Below, in pieces: positions 12,920 to 26,690 of a stretch of DNA of 64,000 nucleotides (position 1 is the stretch's first letter; the number at the start of each line of letters is the position of its first letter). Made by a program: the position numbers and the translations under genes. Origin of the DNA: Felis catus. Its lineage: Eukaryota. The notes under the pieces were generated by a model. The model saw only the letters and a program-made list of their open reading frames with translations, ran no database searches and was not told the DNA's origin. The stretch spans positions 42,534,001 through 42,598,000 of the forward strand of contig NC_058368.1 of the NCBI RefSeq assembly GCF_018350175.1. Direction: 5' to 3'.

Positions 12920-15540
12920 AGGATGTCCATAGATTTAATTGTGAGGTGGGTGTGTTCACAGATTTTCAGATTCTGCATCTTTGGTGTTTGACATAAAAAC
13001 AACAAAGAAATGAAAGTTCTGTTAAATCAGACATTCATTAGTCTCCCTAACTGCCTTTAAAGGGAAAATCTATTATGTGCCATTGCACAATGAAATGAAG
13101 ATACTGAAAAAAAAATATCCACTCCAACATGTATTGATGACTGCCCAAAGCATTCTTTGGAGGACTGTCTAAATATTAGCAGCAAACACCAAAGAAATAG
13201 AATTCTTCAAGAACTCATGGTTTGGTCTGAACAAGATACTTATAAATGAAGTATCTCTCTATTAAGATTCTTAGGCTGCTTCCAAGTGTTCTGAATTAAT
13301 TATTTTTACCTTGTCAAATTTTTTTGTTCTTCCTTTTGCATACATGATAGGAATATTGAGGGATTTTTAGGTACCTCATTTAGTACCAGAGAAGTTCAAC
13401 AGTCTTAATGAAGACAAAATAATGATTTCTCAATAACAAGTAGAGACCCTTCATGCCTGATAGGAAAGGATACCTTATCCTATTAAATTATCATCCACTA
13501 TAGTATAGTTTATACCATAGGTTTTATGGTATAAAATTGTAGACTACACAAAGAAAACCTTTTGAAGTTTCAGTCATATATTCAGATGTGCATGTCATAA
13601 CTTTTCAAATCCAGAAATAAGTAACAGGAATCTTTTATGGATAAAGACTAAGAGAAGCATTAATGCAAAGTAGTCCAGTTCAAAGTCAAATTACTACATG
13701 ATGGTTACTGTACTATTTTTTATAGGATATAAAAAATTATACTATTTTAATGAATGAAAAGTCTCCCTAAAGTGTTTAGAAAGTCACTTCAATGACATTT
13801 CTCAACTTCAGAAGAGAAGATATATCTGTCAATAAAATGACACCAAAATCATATTTTATAAGGGTTTTAGATTAACACGTGCTTTTGAAGGATGACATTA
13901 TAGGATCTTAATATCTATAATCAGAAAGTCTTTTGCTCTTAACTTGCAAGGCAATAAGTTTAAGAATTAATTTTGTCTGCTATAAAGCTGGCTTGCCTTT
14001 AATCTTCAGATTTAATAGGTCTCTTTTCGCTGAATGTTTTAGGCAGGTAATTGAGGAAATAGTCCACGTTCCCTTTCAGTCAACATAAAATGACATTGAA
14101 ATGTCTTCAAATGTTTCCAGGAAATTCATGCTAAACAGTCTCTGTTATATTTGATACTGAGTAACAGCAGAAATCCCTGTATCTAACAAAGCCTTTCCTA
14201 TGATTGTATGTAATGAAGCCACGTGCTCGTGATAACTTACTTTACTCATTAAGATGTTGCAAAACTAAGCAGGCATAAAATGCATATAAATTAATGTGTG
14301 GACATGTGATGATTTATACAATGGAGGATATCACACATGCCATATGTTCTTTCCTCCAAATGAAATTTCCAGTGTAATTTCGAAGCCAGATTCCTAAAAA
14401 GAAACCAAACCAAGATAAAACAAACAAACTAACCAGAATGATTGTCCTTGGTTTGCTCTGATGGACATCTTGATTCAGGCTTTCTGCCATTATTTATGTC
14501 AATGGAAATCTTGAAAAATCATCTGCTCAGTAAATTTTGTAAAGTGCACAAAAAATATGCATGGAACATCGGAAACCGGCAAATGACCCTTTCCAAAATA
14601 GATCCTTCCAGGAATCTTTGAGACTGTTCACATTTAGAAGCGGCAGTGGTTACATTAAGGACTTATGAAAGGGTTCCAATTCTGAAATGCTTTCAATGCT
14701 TGTGGATAACTGGCAACTTCTTTCTCTTTTATTAAAAGTACTCTGCCAGAAAAGCCTTCTTCAGTCAAAACAAACTTCCACTTAAGAGCAGTATTTTTTT
14801 CTAAACATTTTCATAAAGTAAATAGTGAAGCAGCTTTTTCTCTTCTCCTGTCTTTTTTTTTTTTTTTTTCTGTTAGGAAGTGAGATTTTTGTTTGGCGAG
14901 GAACAACTGTGATTTGGGCTTTCTTTTTTAAGTTTAGTTATTCTTTCAAGGTTCTGAATTTTCTTATATAGGTGCCCAGAGGCAAGTAGAAGCATTTTTA
15001 TACATACAAAGTAGATAAGCAATGTAGGAAAGATGCTCTAATGGACCGTTTCTCTGCTCCCCTCATCTAGCCTACAGCATTTTATCTGTTCTGCAAGTAT
15101 TACAGTTCATCTGAAAAGACATCTTTTACCATTGTTTTTAGACTTAGCATTCTTTTTGTTTTCAATTTCTTATTTTCAACAGCTGAAAATTGGATGCTTA
15201 AACTTTCTCATCAGACCTTCATCTTTTGAATGAGAAATGATCATTTTTGGAAAGGCAAAGTGGTTTTACCTTTGCAATTATTTAAATCTACTTATGGTAT
15301 TTTTTTTAACAGTACAGGTGGGAGTGGGATAGGAGGAAAGAGTGAGAAGTAGTCTGCATCACACATAGAAGGCCACGATGTGTATTCACTAGGAAAGCAA
15401 AATAACGTGCTGTTTGGTCACATCTAACCACACACTGAACTGTTGCTGGAGGGAGAATATACCTGTCTCACTTTAAAGTGACCTCTTTGGCTAATGTTCA
15501 CAGGTGTGTTAATGAGCTTAAAGAGGGTACCATATTCACT

Positions 15541-15754
15541 TTTGTTGTTGTTGTTGTTGGTAAGTTTATTTATTTTCAGACAGAGAGAAAGAAAGAATGA
15601 GTGGTGGAGAGGCAGAGAGAGAGAGAGAATCCCAAGCAGTTTGCATTGTCAGCACAGAGCCGGATACAGGGCTCAAACTCAGGAACTGTGAGATCATGAC
15701 TGGAGCCAAAACCAAGAGCTGGACACTTAACCGACTGAGCCACCCAGGCGCCCC
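15541..15754 (-). mobile_element. Can-SINE with (TTG)n-derived tail
   Basis: Ends CCGACTGAGCCACCCAGGCGCCCC. Confidence 0.93.
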
Positions 15755-17823
15755 TGTTGTTGTTTTTAACCCAAAGGAATAACAACTGAGATGGAGTGAT
15801 TTTCAAAGAAGGCAAGGACATTTGGGGACTGCTCCACAACAGCAACCTTTTCAAATAGCCAAATCGTTTCCTTCTATTTCAGGGACACATTTACAAGCAA
15901 AGACTACTGTTCATTTTTTTTTCACCCATTAGGTATTAGAAAATGCCTTCACAGATGAATTGCTAAGAAATAGCTGGGGTCTGGGCCAGTTCTCTTGCAT
16001 TTTTGGTCTGTAAACTCACTGTCGTAGTATTCCATTCTTCTCCAACAGGCTCCATCCTCCCCAGTAAAGGGGCATGATGTACATGCAGGATAAAACTATC
16101 ATCTCCTTAAACAAATGTCCTTTTCAAAAGTATGATATAAAGCAGACCTAGAAAGTCTGCTGCTATAATGATTTCATGTTTTGCTGATCCTGGTCTTTTC
16201 TTCTGAAAGGCTTTTTAGTGGTCCCCAGTGAAAAGTTGAGATCAGCATTTAAATGCGGGTCTATCTTTTTAACATACTTTAAGTCCTCAGAAGTCACTAA
16301 GTCTCAGTGGCTTTGAGAATTTATAAGCATATCTAGGATGTTAAGAATACCTTCCATGTCTTTTTTTTTTTCCTCCTGCAAAATTACATTAATTGGAATT
16401 TGTATTTTTTCTTCCCCTTTGTGATTTGAAGGAAACATACTACAGAATAAAATTTGTTCAAGACCATTTCTATGTGTGAAGCAGCTCTCCCCAGACAGTT
16501 AGGGACCAATTATAGGAGTTTCCTCTATTCTTTGGATTTTTACAGCTGATGTACACTCCTTCCTCTCCCAGGTAACAGCAGCATGCACTTGTGCAATGAG
16601 ACACAGGAAAGAAAAAAAAAAAAAGGAAAAAGTAATTATGTCGTTCCTTGTTACGTGCAATAACCAGCGTTTGGTTAGGATGCTTGTATGAGTTTTAATT
16701 TTAAGTGAAAAGATTAAGGCAAAAGAAACCAACATTCTCTTTAAAATTACCACTTTTCTGAATCAATCAACATATTCATTTGCATTTAAAACCTGGCATT
16801 TTGTGCTTCAGTCATATTTTTCTTACAGGTCCTTTGAAGTCCTTCTCTACATTCTTTACTTGTCATAAAGACATTTTTATTTACCATTAAAAGCCCAAGA
16901 AAGATTGATCAAGGCCCGGAGGTTTCATGTTCTTAAAGGCTTGAGTTTACGTGTTAAATTGCAAATATACAGCTACTGAAAACTATCCAGGGATGAATGT
17001 AATAAATAGACAAGTTCCTTTGATCTTCAAAAATGTATTATGTGAAGTTTTTCATTCCTAGGATAGAAAACTATCCCATGATCTTGTCAGTTCTAATCAA
17101 GCATGGAATCATCCAATGAAACAAACTTTTACTGAGCATCTACTACAGGACTACAACTAGGATGAAGCAAGGGAGGTGCCATGGTTCCCCCCACACCCCC
17201 CGCTCCCAGGGTGGTACTCAAACCTGAACACCCAAGTCTCTGCCCTAATCTACTCCAACCCCAATAACCCTGTGACTCTATTTATGAAGCAATCAGGTGC
17301 CAAGAGTGTTACTAGATCTTTAGAAGTAATATTAACGGAGTAATTATGTGGGAAAGTGCTAAGATAGAGATCTTTCCTCCTAGAACTTGTGATCCTTCAA
17401 AGGCTACCTTCATACTATCGGTATGAAGACAGCAAGCATAGTGGAACAAGGACACGTGCGCCCACGGCTTGTTCCTCAGCGGGGGTTCTGCTTCTTCCCC
17501 CTAGTTCTGTTGTATCAAACATGCTATTTTTAATGTTTCTAAGTCTCATTTTCGTTTTATTTGTGAAAGGTGTACAATAGTGCCAGCTTTACAGATGTGA
17601 TGATAATTCAATGAGATAATCTTTCAAGCATGGTGCCCATGCTCTTGTGGTCATCATCACTTTTACAAGAAAGTAAAGGAACAAACCTGAACAAACATCC
17701 ACTTTCATAAACAACAAAGTAACATTACAGGGAAAATCAAACTATAAATATTAATAGCTATGAGTTTTTATTTGATTTTTTGGGATTACTTATTAACCTA
17801 AACTCACAAAGAAATTGCAATTT

Positions 17824-18054
17824 CTTTTTTTTTTTTTTTAAGAATTTTTTTTTCAACATTTATTTATTTTTGGGACAGAGAGAGACAGAGCATGAACGGG
17901 GGAAGGGCAGAGAGAGGGAGACACAGAATCGGAAACAGGCTCCAGGCTCTGAGCCATCAGCCCAGAGCCCGACGCGGGGCTCGAACTCACAGACCGCGAG
18001 ATCGTGACCTGGCTGAAGTCGGACGCTTAACCGACTGCGCCACCCAGGCGCCCC
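17824..18054 (-). mobile_element. Young Can-SINE (SINEC_Fc)
   Basis: CpGs largely intact (CCGACGCGGGGCTCG, CCGCGAGATCGTG), long T tail, duplicated ATTGCAATTTC. Confidence 0.97.
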
Positions 18055-18234
18055 AAGGATTGCAATTTCCATTTCCATGAACAAAAACTACTTTAAAATC
18101 TTATTACTTAATAGTTAACTAATTAACAGTCTATTTTCTAATATTAACTTGAAAATAATCTAAGATTATTAACTTTAAAACTACACAATGGCAGTAGTAA
18201 AATTACATTTGTATAGAGTTTTAAAAACTCTGCT

Positions 18235-18340
18235 TTTAGCTAGAGAATTTCACACAAATTATTGTAGTTAATCCTTACAAACACTGGGATGTATTTTTAT
18301 CCCCATTTTATGGATAAAGAACCTAAGACTCAAGGTTGCA
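18235..18340 (-). mobile_element. MIR fragment
   Basis: TTAATCCTTACAAAC...TTATCCCCATTTTATGGATAAAGAACCTAAGACTCA, reverse MIR core. Confidence 0.6.
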
Positions 18341-20129
18341 GAACTTCTTACTGGTAGGAATATCTGACATTCACCTTTAATGACAAAATTCTGAAAATAA
18401 ATGCTTATAAGGGTCATATGTAGGGAGGAATATTTTCAGTCCTTATTTTAATGATAAAACATAATTTTAGTTTTAATCAAAACAAAAATTCTAAATCATT
18501 GCTTTCCATAATAAGTCCAAAAAATTATAACTAATAGAGATTGTTACACTTATTAAGCCATATATTGACTGCATTGACAAGTAAAATGAACGTGTAATGA
18601 AGATAACTTGAACAAATGTTACCAAGAAATATAATCACTGGTTTCTTATTTCTTTCAATGGCCCCACGTTACTCCCCCACCCTTGGTTCTGCTAAATCAA
18701 TAAGTATAATTTATTTAACTCATGTGATTCTTAACCACAATACACCAAAATAAGTGCCTGTAATTATATCAGGGAGTGAGAATAACGATTTGTAAATAAG
18801 TAGAAAACCATTTACAGTTAATGCATACTTGTTAACTTACCAAAAAAAAAAAAAAAAACACTGGAAAATCAGAGAAACTAGAACTCGCCCTTTGCAACCA
18901 CAGGCATTCACACGCCCGACAATAACTCTAGGAAGACTGTATCTTTCCATGGCACAACTATTTGCAACAAGAGTTAGTAACTAATCCCTTTTAATCCAAC
19001 CTACCTGCTACACTAGCTTAGCCTTATCTCACCAATTTTACTTGTGACTCTCCTCTTCCCAAGACCTTCCAGTTACTCTCCACTGTCCACTGCATAAATA
19101 AAACTTTATCTATGGAAAAAACTGAATTCGACATTCCCCATATAGGACTTATGCTGTACACGGCCTTGTCTTCTTCTTTTACCTATTTTAACCCAGAAAA
19201 GTTCTCCATTTTTTAAAAATCCAGTGAAATGCTCATCCTCTTCTTGAGGCTTCTTCTCTTTGGCCTTTCTACTCAAAATTATCCCATCCACGAGTATCAA
19301 AGTCTCCTGGTTTCTATCACATTTGTGGGTTTTAGCTCTGTACTATCTTGAAATAGGTCCATTTATTATTGTGTGTTCTGTTACTAGAGACAAACTTCTG
19401 GTAAGTAAGACAGAATCTTTTTTCACGTTTATATTCCCCCACTGCAGCTTAATACAACACTGTGCATACAGCAGGTGACCAAAAAAATATTGAAGAAAAA
19501 ATAACATTTCTTCTTCTTTAGGGATATTAATATTTAATGTAGTGAGGGAACATGAGCGTATTTCCTAACTCCCTTGCCATTTCTCCTTATGGGTTGCTGG
19601 ATGTGGGTGTATGTGTCTGAGCAATGCATGGGGAATGGGGTCAGTTTTTCCTGGTAAATCAATAGCTGTAACTTCTTTGATGACTGGTTTGAAAGAAATG
19701 GGCACGATTCCGACTTGAGTAGGAAATCTAAGAGAAAGCACTGCATTCTAAAATCCTATAATGTTAGAACTGGAAGACCTCATCTGATCCAAGGACCTCA
19801 TTTCATACGGCAACTAACAATGGGGAATTCTTCCCTTTTAGAAGCTGGGAAAGCTTTTTGCTCAATACTTAGAGGAAGAACAAAAAATGATCACTAGTGG
19901 AAGAAAAAAACCCTTATCAATCGATCGAACTGAGGCAAATCATAATCAGGAGAAAAATGTCATTAAGCTCAGGGACTTTAGGCATTTAGGGCCTTGTAAA
20001 GACCTCAGAAAGTAACAGCCAGTAGAGCTGAAGGAATATCTCCACTCAATTCTGGACCACACTGTTTTTTAAGGCATCATGGCTCAGGTACACCCAGGGT
20101 TCCCATATCATCATTGTGCCTAAAGAGAT

Positions 20130-20337
20130 AATTAATTAATTAATTAATTAATTTAATTTTAGGGAGAGAGAATGCATGCTAGTTAAGGAGAGAGACAGGT
20201 TGGAGAGAGAGAATCTTAAGCAGACTCCACACTCAGTGCACAGCCTGATGTGGGGCCTGATCCCACCACCCTGGGATTATGACTTGAGCTGAAATCAAGA
20301 GTCAGACACTCAACCAACTGAGCCACTCAGGAACCCC
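20130..20337 (-). mobile_element. Can-SINE
   Basis: TGAAATCAAGAGTCAGACACTCAACCAACTGAGCCACTCAGGAACCCC; CCTAAAGA on both flanks. Confidence 0.9.
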
Positions 20338-20411
20338 TAAAGAACTAATTCTTCTGTTGCAAGATGATGCAAATGAATTAAACGATTCTTAAAAATATTT
20401 TTTTACCTCTT

Positions 20412-20620
20412 GGGGCACTTGGGTGGTGCAGTCGGTTAAGCATCTGACTTCGGCTCAGGTCGTGATCTCACGGTTCATGAGTTTGAGCCCCGCATGAGGC
20501 GCTGTGCTGGCAGCTCAGAGCCTGGAGCCTGCTTCGATTCTGTGTGTGTCTCTCTCTGCCCCTCCATCACTCATTATCTGTCTCTGTCTCTCTCTCTCTC
20601 TCTCTCTCAAAATAAATATT
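20412..20620 (+). mobile_element. Can-SINE followed by (TA)n
   Basis: GGGGCACTTGGGTGGTGCAGTCGGTTAAG head, (CT)n, AATAAA. Confidence 0.93.
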
Positions 20621-23419
20621 AATATATATATATATATTCACTTCTTAAAACACTCATCCAAATTATAGAAGAGAAATTGCAATGTTTCACAAGTTCCCTC
20701 AAATTTCACCTTCTCATAAGTAAAGAACTTATAAGACCTTTCTGTGTTGTACTTGCTTCAGGAATTATGTTTTACATTAAATAAAAGCACAAACTGCCTT
20801 TTGAAGTGAGACCATTCCATACCCCACAAGAAACCTGTATGCTTTACTGTTGATAGGAGGCAGAACTCTGCCAAACCGTGAACTAATGAATTAGAATTTG
20901 GCAGCACTCCATGCCTGACACAATTTAGTTCAAATTTATGAAATCTACTGCTTCCGGAAATCCACTTGTGCCTAAGGTCTCTCTGTACCTTTCAGAGTAA
21001 AAAGCATGACATTTCTAGACTTCTGGTTTTACCTTATTGATGAAGAAAGAATTATGAACAACATATGTTTTCTAACTTAAATCTCTAAGCATTTCTTCAA
21101 TTTTGCAACAACAACGGTAAATCAGTTGAAATCAGCATCTCTTTGGGTAGATGATAACAGAATATTTCTAAATCTCTGATTAAGTCCCCTTAGACATGAT
21201 AGGCTTAAGCATCTCAAGAAAATGTCTGCTGCCACAAAATGATGGATGCCCTTTTGGAAAGGAAGGAATATTGGCTTTGTTCAATGGCATGTTGTCTTGT
21301 CTTTTTACTCTTAAAACAAAAACAGCACCTTTTTTTCTTTTTTCCCCAAGCAAGATGAAAAATAAAACCTTCTATCAATCAATGAGAAAAAGAAATATCA
21401 TTAATGCTACTTTAAAACTCACTTTCTTTGGGGAAACCTCCTTCAAAATTATACTCCAGAAATAAGAATGAGGAAGATGAGAGAGTGTTACATTTTAAAT
21501 ACCTAGAAAGAATAAATCTAGGATGCTAATTGGAGGACTGAGGCTCAGATCTCAATGAAGCAGCGCCTTCTGTCAAAATGCATATATGATTACTTCTCTT
21601 CTTACTGAATTGGAAGAGGTTAGCTACTGCCCCGGGCCCCCACATCTCCATGTGGCATTCCAGATACTTCCCCAACTAACCCTAATCAGTGCCACCTTGA
21701 CCTTCCCTGTGCCTCTTTCTCACCTCTAGGCTTTATGGCCATGCCATCCTCTCCTCTTATCTTGTGTGTCCAGGGGTACCTTCATGGCCCTATGACCCAG
21801 GTCAAGCTCCTCTTTCTAATCTTGTCTAACAGAGTGACTTGTCCTTCCCACAATATATTTTTTAAACTTACAGCACTTCTCACAACATACTTAACTTGTT
21901 TAAATGTACTCTCTATTTGTAAAATTGTGCGCTGTATGAGCTTCTCACCTAAGAAAGCTGTCATTTTCATCCTTGCATACTTTGACATGCCTTACATATT
22001 TACGGTATTCCACAGATGTTGATGAAAACAACAACAACAACAACAAACAAAACTTTAATGTCTATCCTTTTGCTTTCCCTCTGGTTTCTTATCTATAGTT
22101 ACTGGAGATTTACCATTTGCTGAAAGAATACACTTACAGTATAATAGGCACTGATGAAAAATTTAGTTCACCCTGAAATAACTAAATCGCCAAGGGAAAT
22201 CATTTTGTATGAATGACAAAAGCAATAGCAGTCTCATTTGGCCTTGTGACCTTAGAATTAAAGACACACAATAAACACACACATATACTTGGGCATCTCG
22301 CTCAAGGCATATATTGTTTCATGCAACTAATTTCAAAAGAACTGGTGCATTGAATTGAAACAAACGTAAGGAAGGAGAGAATAAAAATAAACAAACTTAC
22401 AATGACAGAAAGTTCTCCTCTTGTAAGATGTAAAAAGTAAATGTATAAAATAATCCACTGCCAGTTTAGAATACGCAAGGGATACTACCTTGTTTTGGTA
22501 ACTCATGCTGTATTAAGAAATGTTATCCCATAATGATTTCTTTTTACCTAATTTTCATCGCATTCTCTTAATGTGTGTCTTCTGTCAAAGGGGTTTTACT
22601 TTCCATACACATGATTTTCAGTTTTGTATTTTGGCATCCTATCTCGGTGTATCAGATATTTCACAGTGTCTCACTAACTTGCCTCTTAAAACTTGTATCG
22701 GTTATTTTTCAGAAGCAAACTAAAACTGTCTGGAACTGAATGCAATAGGCCAGCAGGCTCAAGTAATTCCAGCATCACTTCTAAATCTCTCAAAACGTTT
22801 TCAGAGATAGTTCAATGCTTCCGGCTTGTCTAATTCTTTTAAAACCTGTTATAAGGTTTTGGTTAAGTGATTGCTGGATATTATTGTATCAGAGGCTAGA
22901 GCGTTACATTAAGCGTGGGAAGATTTCCAAGTGGGAAAGAGAGAGGTGTAGAAAACAAATTTTATTTACATGGAAATTGGATTATAACCTTCGTCATAAT
23001 TACCAAATGTATGGAAAGCAAATATTCTTGTATTTTTTATAACAATGGAGCATACCCTAGATGCATGATGTCTTCCATTAGGTGATTTTATTTTTAAGCC
23101 ATCTTCTCTCAACTCCCAGAGGCAGTCTCCTTTTTCCTTCTGTATTTGCTGAGGAATTACTCACTGTTGACAGAAGCTAGATACCCTAAAGGTAATATCC
23201 AGAATACTAAGAACTGTACGAAGAGGAGTAAAACATTGGACTCACTCTGAAATAACCAACAAAAGAAGCTGTTTAGTGGGAATAAAAAAAGGCAAGATCA
23301 AACTCATCTGCCTTTAGGTTTCTGAATTCTATCAATAACTAAGAATCCAAGTCAAATACTAATATGAATGGCAACGTATGACTGTTTCAGAGCTTTTCAG
23401 CTTGTTCTGACTGCTTAGA

Positions 23420-23690
23420 GCATCTACTTCCCTGATTTTCTTCTGGCTGGCCAATTTCATCCTTCAAGCCTCAGCTCAAATACCATATCATTAAGGAGAC
23501 GAGCCCATATAATATATCATTCCTCTCAATCTGTAACACATTTCCTCAGATTATTTAACATTACCTGATATTACTTTTTATTTATTTCCTTCTTTGCTTT
23601 ATAAAAGAAGTTCCTAATCTTTCATTTTATCCCCTGTACCCTTGGTGCCTACATCAATGCCTGACATATATAGAATATTAATTGACCGAG
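23420..23690 (+). mobile_element. L2 3' fragment
   Basis: ATCCTTCAAGCCTCAGCTCAAATACCA...GGTGCCTACATCAATGCCTGACATATATAG. Confidence 0.6.
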
Positions 23691-23985
23691 GAAACACCCA
23701 CCTTTATGGGTATTAATAGATCTTAATTGCACCGTACCTGTTTGTATTTATTCCTGCCCTGACACTGTGTGTGTATTATGTATGTGTGTGTGTACATGTT
23801 TATATTTACATTTATATTTATATTTATATTTATATATCACCTGGACCACATCAGTCTCTGGATTTATGCAATTTAAAAATCTCCTCTACTAAACTATGAA
23901 CTTCTTGACAGCTGGGTTTTCTTTTATTTGTTTTTGAAATATGCATGTTTCACAGACCTAGATACACAAAGTGCTCAAGTAATAT

Positions 23986-24213
23986 ATTTTTTTAATTTTT
24001 TTAATGTTTATTCATTTTTGAGAGAGACACAGACAGACAGACAGAGCATGGCCAGGGAAGGGGCAGAGAGAGAAGGAGACACACAATCTGAAGCAGGCTC
24101 CAGGCTCTGATCTGTCAGCACAGAGCCCGATGCAGGGCTCAAATTCATGAACCGCGAGATCATGACCTGAGCCAAAGTCCGACATTTAACTGACTGAGCC
24201 ACCCACGTGCCCC
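23986..24213 (-). mobile_element. Can-SINE
   Basis: Reverse head, duplicated TCAAGTAATAT. Confidence 0.95.
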
Positions 24214-25051
24214 TCAAGTAATATTTTTTAAACGAATGAATGTAAATTACATTAACGGCAAGTTTAAGAACGATTATTTCTTCTTTACCCAGAAGCTTAA
24301 AAAATGTTCAATTTTCTAAAGTCTCTGAGATGGCATCTATATGATTATAGCACTGGCCTGCACTGTGAGAAAACTCTACTGACCCCCAAGCCCATGCAAG
24401 ATCATGCAAAAGTGTTTATAATTCCAAACAATTTCTTTTATTGAATAGAAATTGGATAGGAAATAAAACACACCATGTGAGATAATGAAATAGTAGTATA
24501 ATTATGAATGTGGTCTGTTTTTCAGTGATAATACATATTAAAGATATTTCTCTGGTGATCAGAAGGGCACTTAGCAGAAGACAACTTAAGAGTAGCACAT
24601 AAACACAGATTTTTGTTAAAGTTTCAAACTTGAGTTTGAAACCTTAATGGGCATCATCATTTCTTCATTGCCAGCATAATTCTCTCAGTCTGGGCTCTGG
24701 CAGAGAAATCAAACAACTCTCACTGCAACCTGGGGGTTGACATTAATTAAAAACATAAAATCATAAAGCATCTGTGGTGAGTTTAGATGCCAAATGAGAT
24801 GAAGCGATTTTAAAAGTAAACTTCTTACAAAGGTAACTGAATGTCAGAATCTTATGCTTTTCTCTGAAACAACGATAATTACCATGTCTTTCTGTAGTAC
24901 ATCGAATACACGCTCCTATAATTGACGTAATTGGTATCACTAGACCTTTTAATGTTTCTATGGGACGAGTTACAAGGACAAGGGTCTCAGTGCTTATTTT
25001 AGGCCCCAAGAAAGTAAATACATCTGCTTCTTCATTTTGTTTCACACAGTT

Positions 25052-25450
25052 CAGCAGTGCCCCCTTACCCGCAGTTTCACTCCCTGAGGTTTCTGTTACC
25101 TGCAGTCAACTGTCGTCCAGAAGCAGATGATCCTCTTCCTGACATATCCTCAGGTCAATGGTAGTCTAACACTACATCACAATGTCTGTGTTATTCACCT
25201 CCCTTCATCTCATCATCTCACATCATCACAAGACCACATTCATACAGCTTTTATCACAGTATGTTGCTACAATTGTTCTATTTTATTATTATGCTTTCAT
25301 CTCTCACTGTGCTTAATTTATAAATTAAACCTTATCATAAGTAGATACATATAGGAAAAAAACATACAGAGAAAGTTCGGTAATATCTGCGGTTTCAGGC
25401 ACCCACCAGGTTCTTACAACATATCCACCATGGATAAGAGGCGACTACTA
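25052..25450 (+). mobile_element. MER44/Tigger7-family non-autonomous DNA transposon
   Basis: Terminal inverted repeats CAGCAGTGCCCCCTTACCCGC ... GGATAAGAGGCGACTACT; internal AATTTATAAATTAAACCTTATCATA. Confidence 0.8.
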
Positions 25451-26495
25451 TATAAGCTAATAAAACAAAATATCTATTCATTTCCATATATCCTGGGCTC
25501 AAGTGTTTATGTAACAAACAGAGAACAGGAATGAGAAGCACTGACTTCTTTTTTAATGAAAGGATGAAAGGCCCCAAAGCATGGATACCAAAAAAAAAAA
25601 AAAAAAAAAGTTTTTGTTACAGCTTTTACCCTTATGAGACATGGTAAGTGGGACTTGCCTTCTATGGTTTTTACTAGACCTATCTAACCTTAAGAGCACT
25701 GAATGGATGATATACGCAAAAGATACACAAACTGCCATGTTGAAATTACACTAGTTTAGTTCCTAACAACAAGAGGAAATAACCATCTCCCTGTAGTCCA
25801 AAATAACATCAGGCTGAAAAAACGTATCACTCTATTTATGGATAATAAGATAGACACCAGTCCAGTGACACTATCTTTAATGTTCAAAAAAACCATGAAA
25901 GGAAATATTATTACTTCCTCTCTTATGGATGAAGCAATTGAAGATCAGCAAAATAAGATGATTTCTTCAAGATCATACAACTGGAAATTGTTGAAAGGAA
26001 GGAAGGAAGAGATTTGAATGGGAGGATGTTAGAGAGAATTAGGTCGCCATGTAGAGTGATCAACTGTCTTCACTGATGGAGACCTGGGATTTTTGGCTAA
26101 CCTGGGACAGGCATGGTTAAAGGATGAGAGGAGGGCAACCTATGCAGAGACATAAAATCTACCGCAAGGAGTTTAGAATTTATTCTAAAAGAAAAGGTTT
26201 GCCACTGAAGAGTTTTCCACAGGAATAACACAACTTGACTCGAGGCCAGTGTGGTCTGTCACATCTGGCACACTATTGGCACACTGGCCCTCCATAGCAC
26301 TTGTTGAAATCAAATGGAATTTACAAAAAGAAAAGCAATCGGATGAGTTCTTGAACCTCAAGTAGAAAATAATGGAGGTCAGAGAAACAAGACTGCACCC
26401 CAGAAGGTGAAGGTAAAATGTTTTTGGAAAATAAAATATATATATTTTTAGATTTGTGATGTATTCGCACATTTGCATTCAAAGCCTTTAAGCCA

Positions 26496-26690
26496 GGGGC
26501 GCCTGGGTGGCTCAGTTGGTTAAGCATCTGACTCTCGATTTTGTCACAGTTCGTGACATCTAGCCCTGTGTTGGGCTCTGCGCTAAGAACATGGAGCCTG
26601 CTTGGGATTCTCTCTCTCCCTCTCTCCCTGTCCCCACTCTGTCTCTCTCAAAATAAATAAATGAACATTTTTGAATGAAAATTTTAAAAA
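26496..26690 (+). mobile_element. Can-SINE
   Basis: GGGGCGCCTGGGTGGCTCAG head, AATAAA tail. Confidence 0.93.

Noticed and set aside
13510..13536. 11-bp-arm hairpin TTTATACCATA...TATGGTATAAA
   Set aside because: Short and AT-rich; not distinguishable from background
1390..15117. 17-mer TACAGTTCATCTGAAAA at about 1390 and 15101
   Set aside because: A single 17-bp match is plausible by chance in 64 kb of AT-rich DNA
17780..18084. Overlapping ORFs similar to the ORF at 54072-54299
   Set aside because: Translations of near-identical SINE copies, not genes
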